DNA of 64,000 bases from Ranitomeya imitator. Its lineage: Eukaryota. The notes beneath the pieces are model-generated. The model made no database searches, had not been told where the DNA came from, and saw nothing but the letters and a program-made list of their open reading frames with translations. Position 1 is the first letter of the stretch; each line of letters begins with the position of its first letter. Shown piece after piece: positions 63,515-64,000 of this stretch. Both the position numbers and the translations under genes were made by a program. The stretch lies in NCBI RefSeq assembly GCF_032444005.1, contig NC_091283.1:629114001-629178000 (forward strand). The letters run 5' to 3'.

Positions 63515-63855
63515 ACATATTATTTTCTGGCTAGCCAATAAAGTTATCACTACTAGAATACTTCTGTCATCATTGGGCAGAAAAATATTCACATCGATTT
63601 TTCGAACACGGTACCACAATACAATTTGTTATTGTACATCAATATAAGACTACGAGAGCCAGAATGAGGCCAGGACGAAGCTCTCATAGAGTTGTACTGA
63701 AAAGTGACCTCTGCGCAGCTCCATGAAACAATAGATCTGCGAGGAGGTCACTTTTCACAAGAGACAAACCGGAGCGATGCTGGAAACCACTGAAGGCAGC
63801 GTAAGGAGAGTACAAGACAGGGGTCTTACATGTAAAGTACCACTCCAGTGCCATA

Positions 63856-63995
63856 CTGGGGCCGACGTGTATCCACCACACGGGACATGCTGGGGCCGAC
63901 GTGTATCCACCACTTGGGACACCCTGGGGCCGATGTGTATCCACCATAGGGGACACACTGGGGCCGACGTGTATCCACCACACGGGATATGCTGA
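63856..63995. repeat. ~33-bp minisatellite
   Basis: GGGGCCGACGTGTATCCACCAC... repeated four times. Confidence 0.8.
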
Positions 63996-64000
63996 GACCC

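Larger units (their letters stand above)
62736..63638. mobile_element. Miniature head-to-head PLE pLTR dimer with two hammerheads
   Basis: 127-bp arms at 62736-62862 and 63471-63597; 14-bp TSD TCAATATAAGACTA at 62722-35 and 63639-52. Confidence 0.8.

Overview
Eukaryotic, non-genic, transposon-saturated DNA, most likely from a frog (inferred from anuran-type FAX/KRAB zinc-finger exons and TTAA/TWA MITE families). The only host gene I can support is two coding exons of a FAX/KRAB-type zinc-finger gene at 60.7-61.4 kb, with a possible promoter/first exon at about 18.2 kb. The rest is two 93-bp satellites, several minisatellites, six Tc1 relics, piggyBac-, Kolobok/T2-, Harbinger- and pogo-type non-autonomous elements (two triple-nested stacks), a CR1 fragment, and many Penelope-like retroelement (PLE) pieces with hammerhead-ribozyme motifs. 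The main signal is a recurring architecture: PLEs inserted as head-to-head inverted dimers with a single target-site duplication (TSD). Three independent cases are present. (1) A young 11.5-kb dimer of two full-length RT-GIY-YIG copies (21431-32977; 5513-bp arms with no difference detected; 15-bp TSD). (2) An older palindrome into which the young dimer is inserted (20814-41077; about 4.2-kb arms), each arm carrying about 30 satellite units behind a PLE 3' end. (3) A 0.9-kb miniature with two hammerheads (62736-63638; 14-bp TSD). In the young element the pol frame has no upstream ATG and opens exactly at a T-TTT-TTA slippery heptamer inside ORF1, which suggests -1 ribosomal frameshifting. All coordinates were read by eye; family names come from motif recognition, not database searches.
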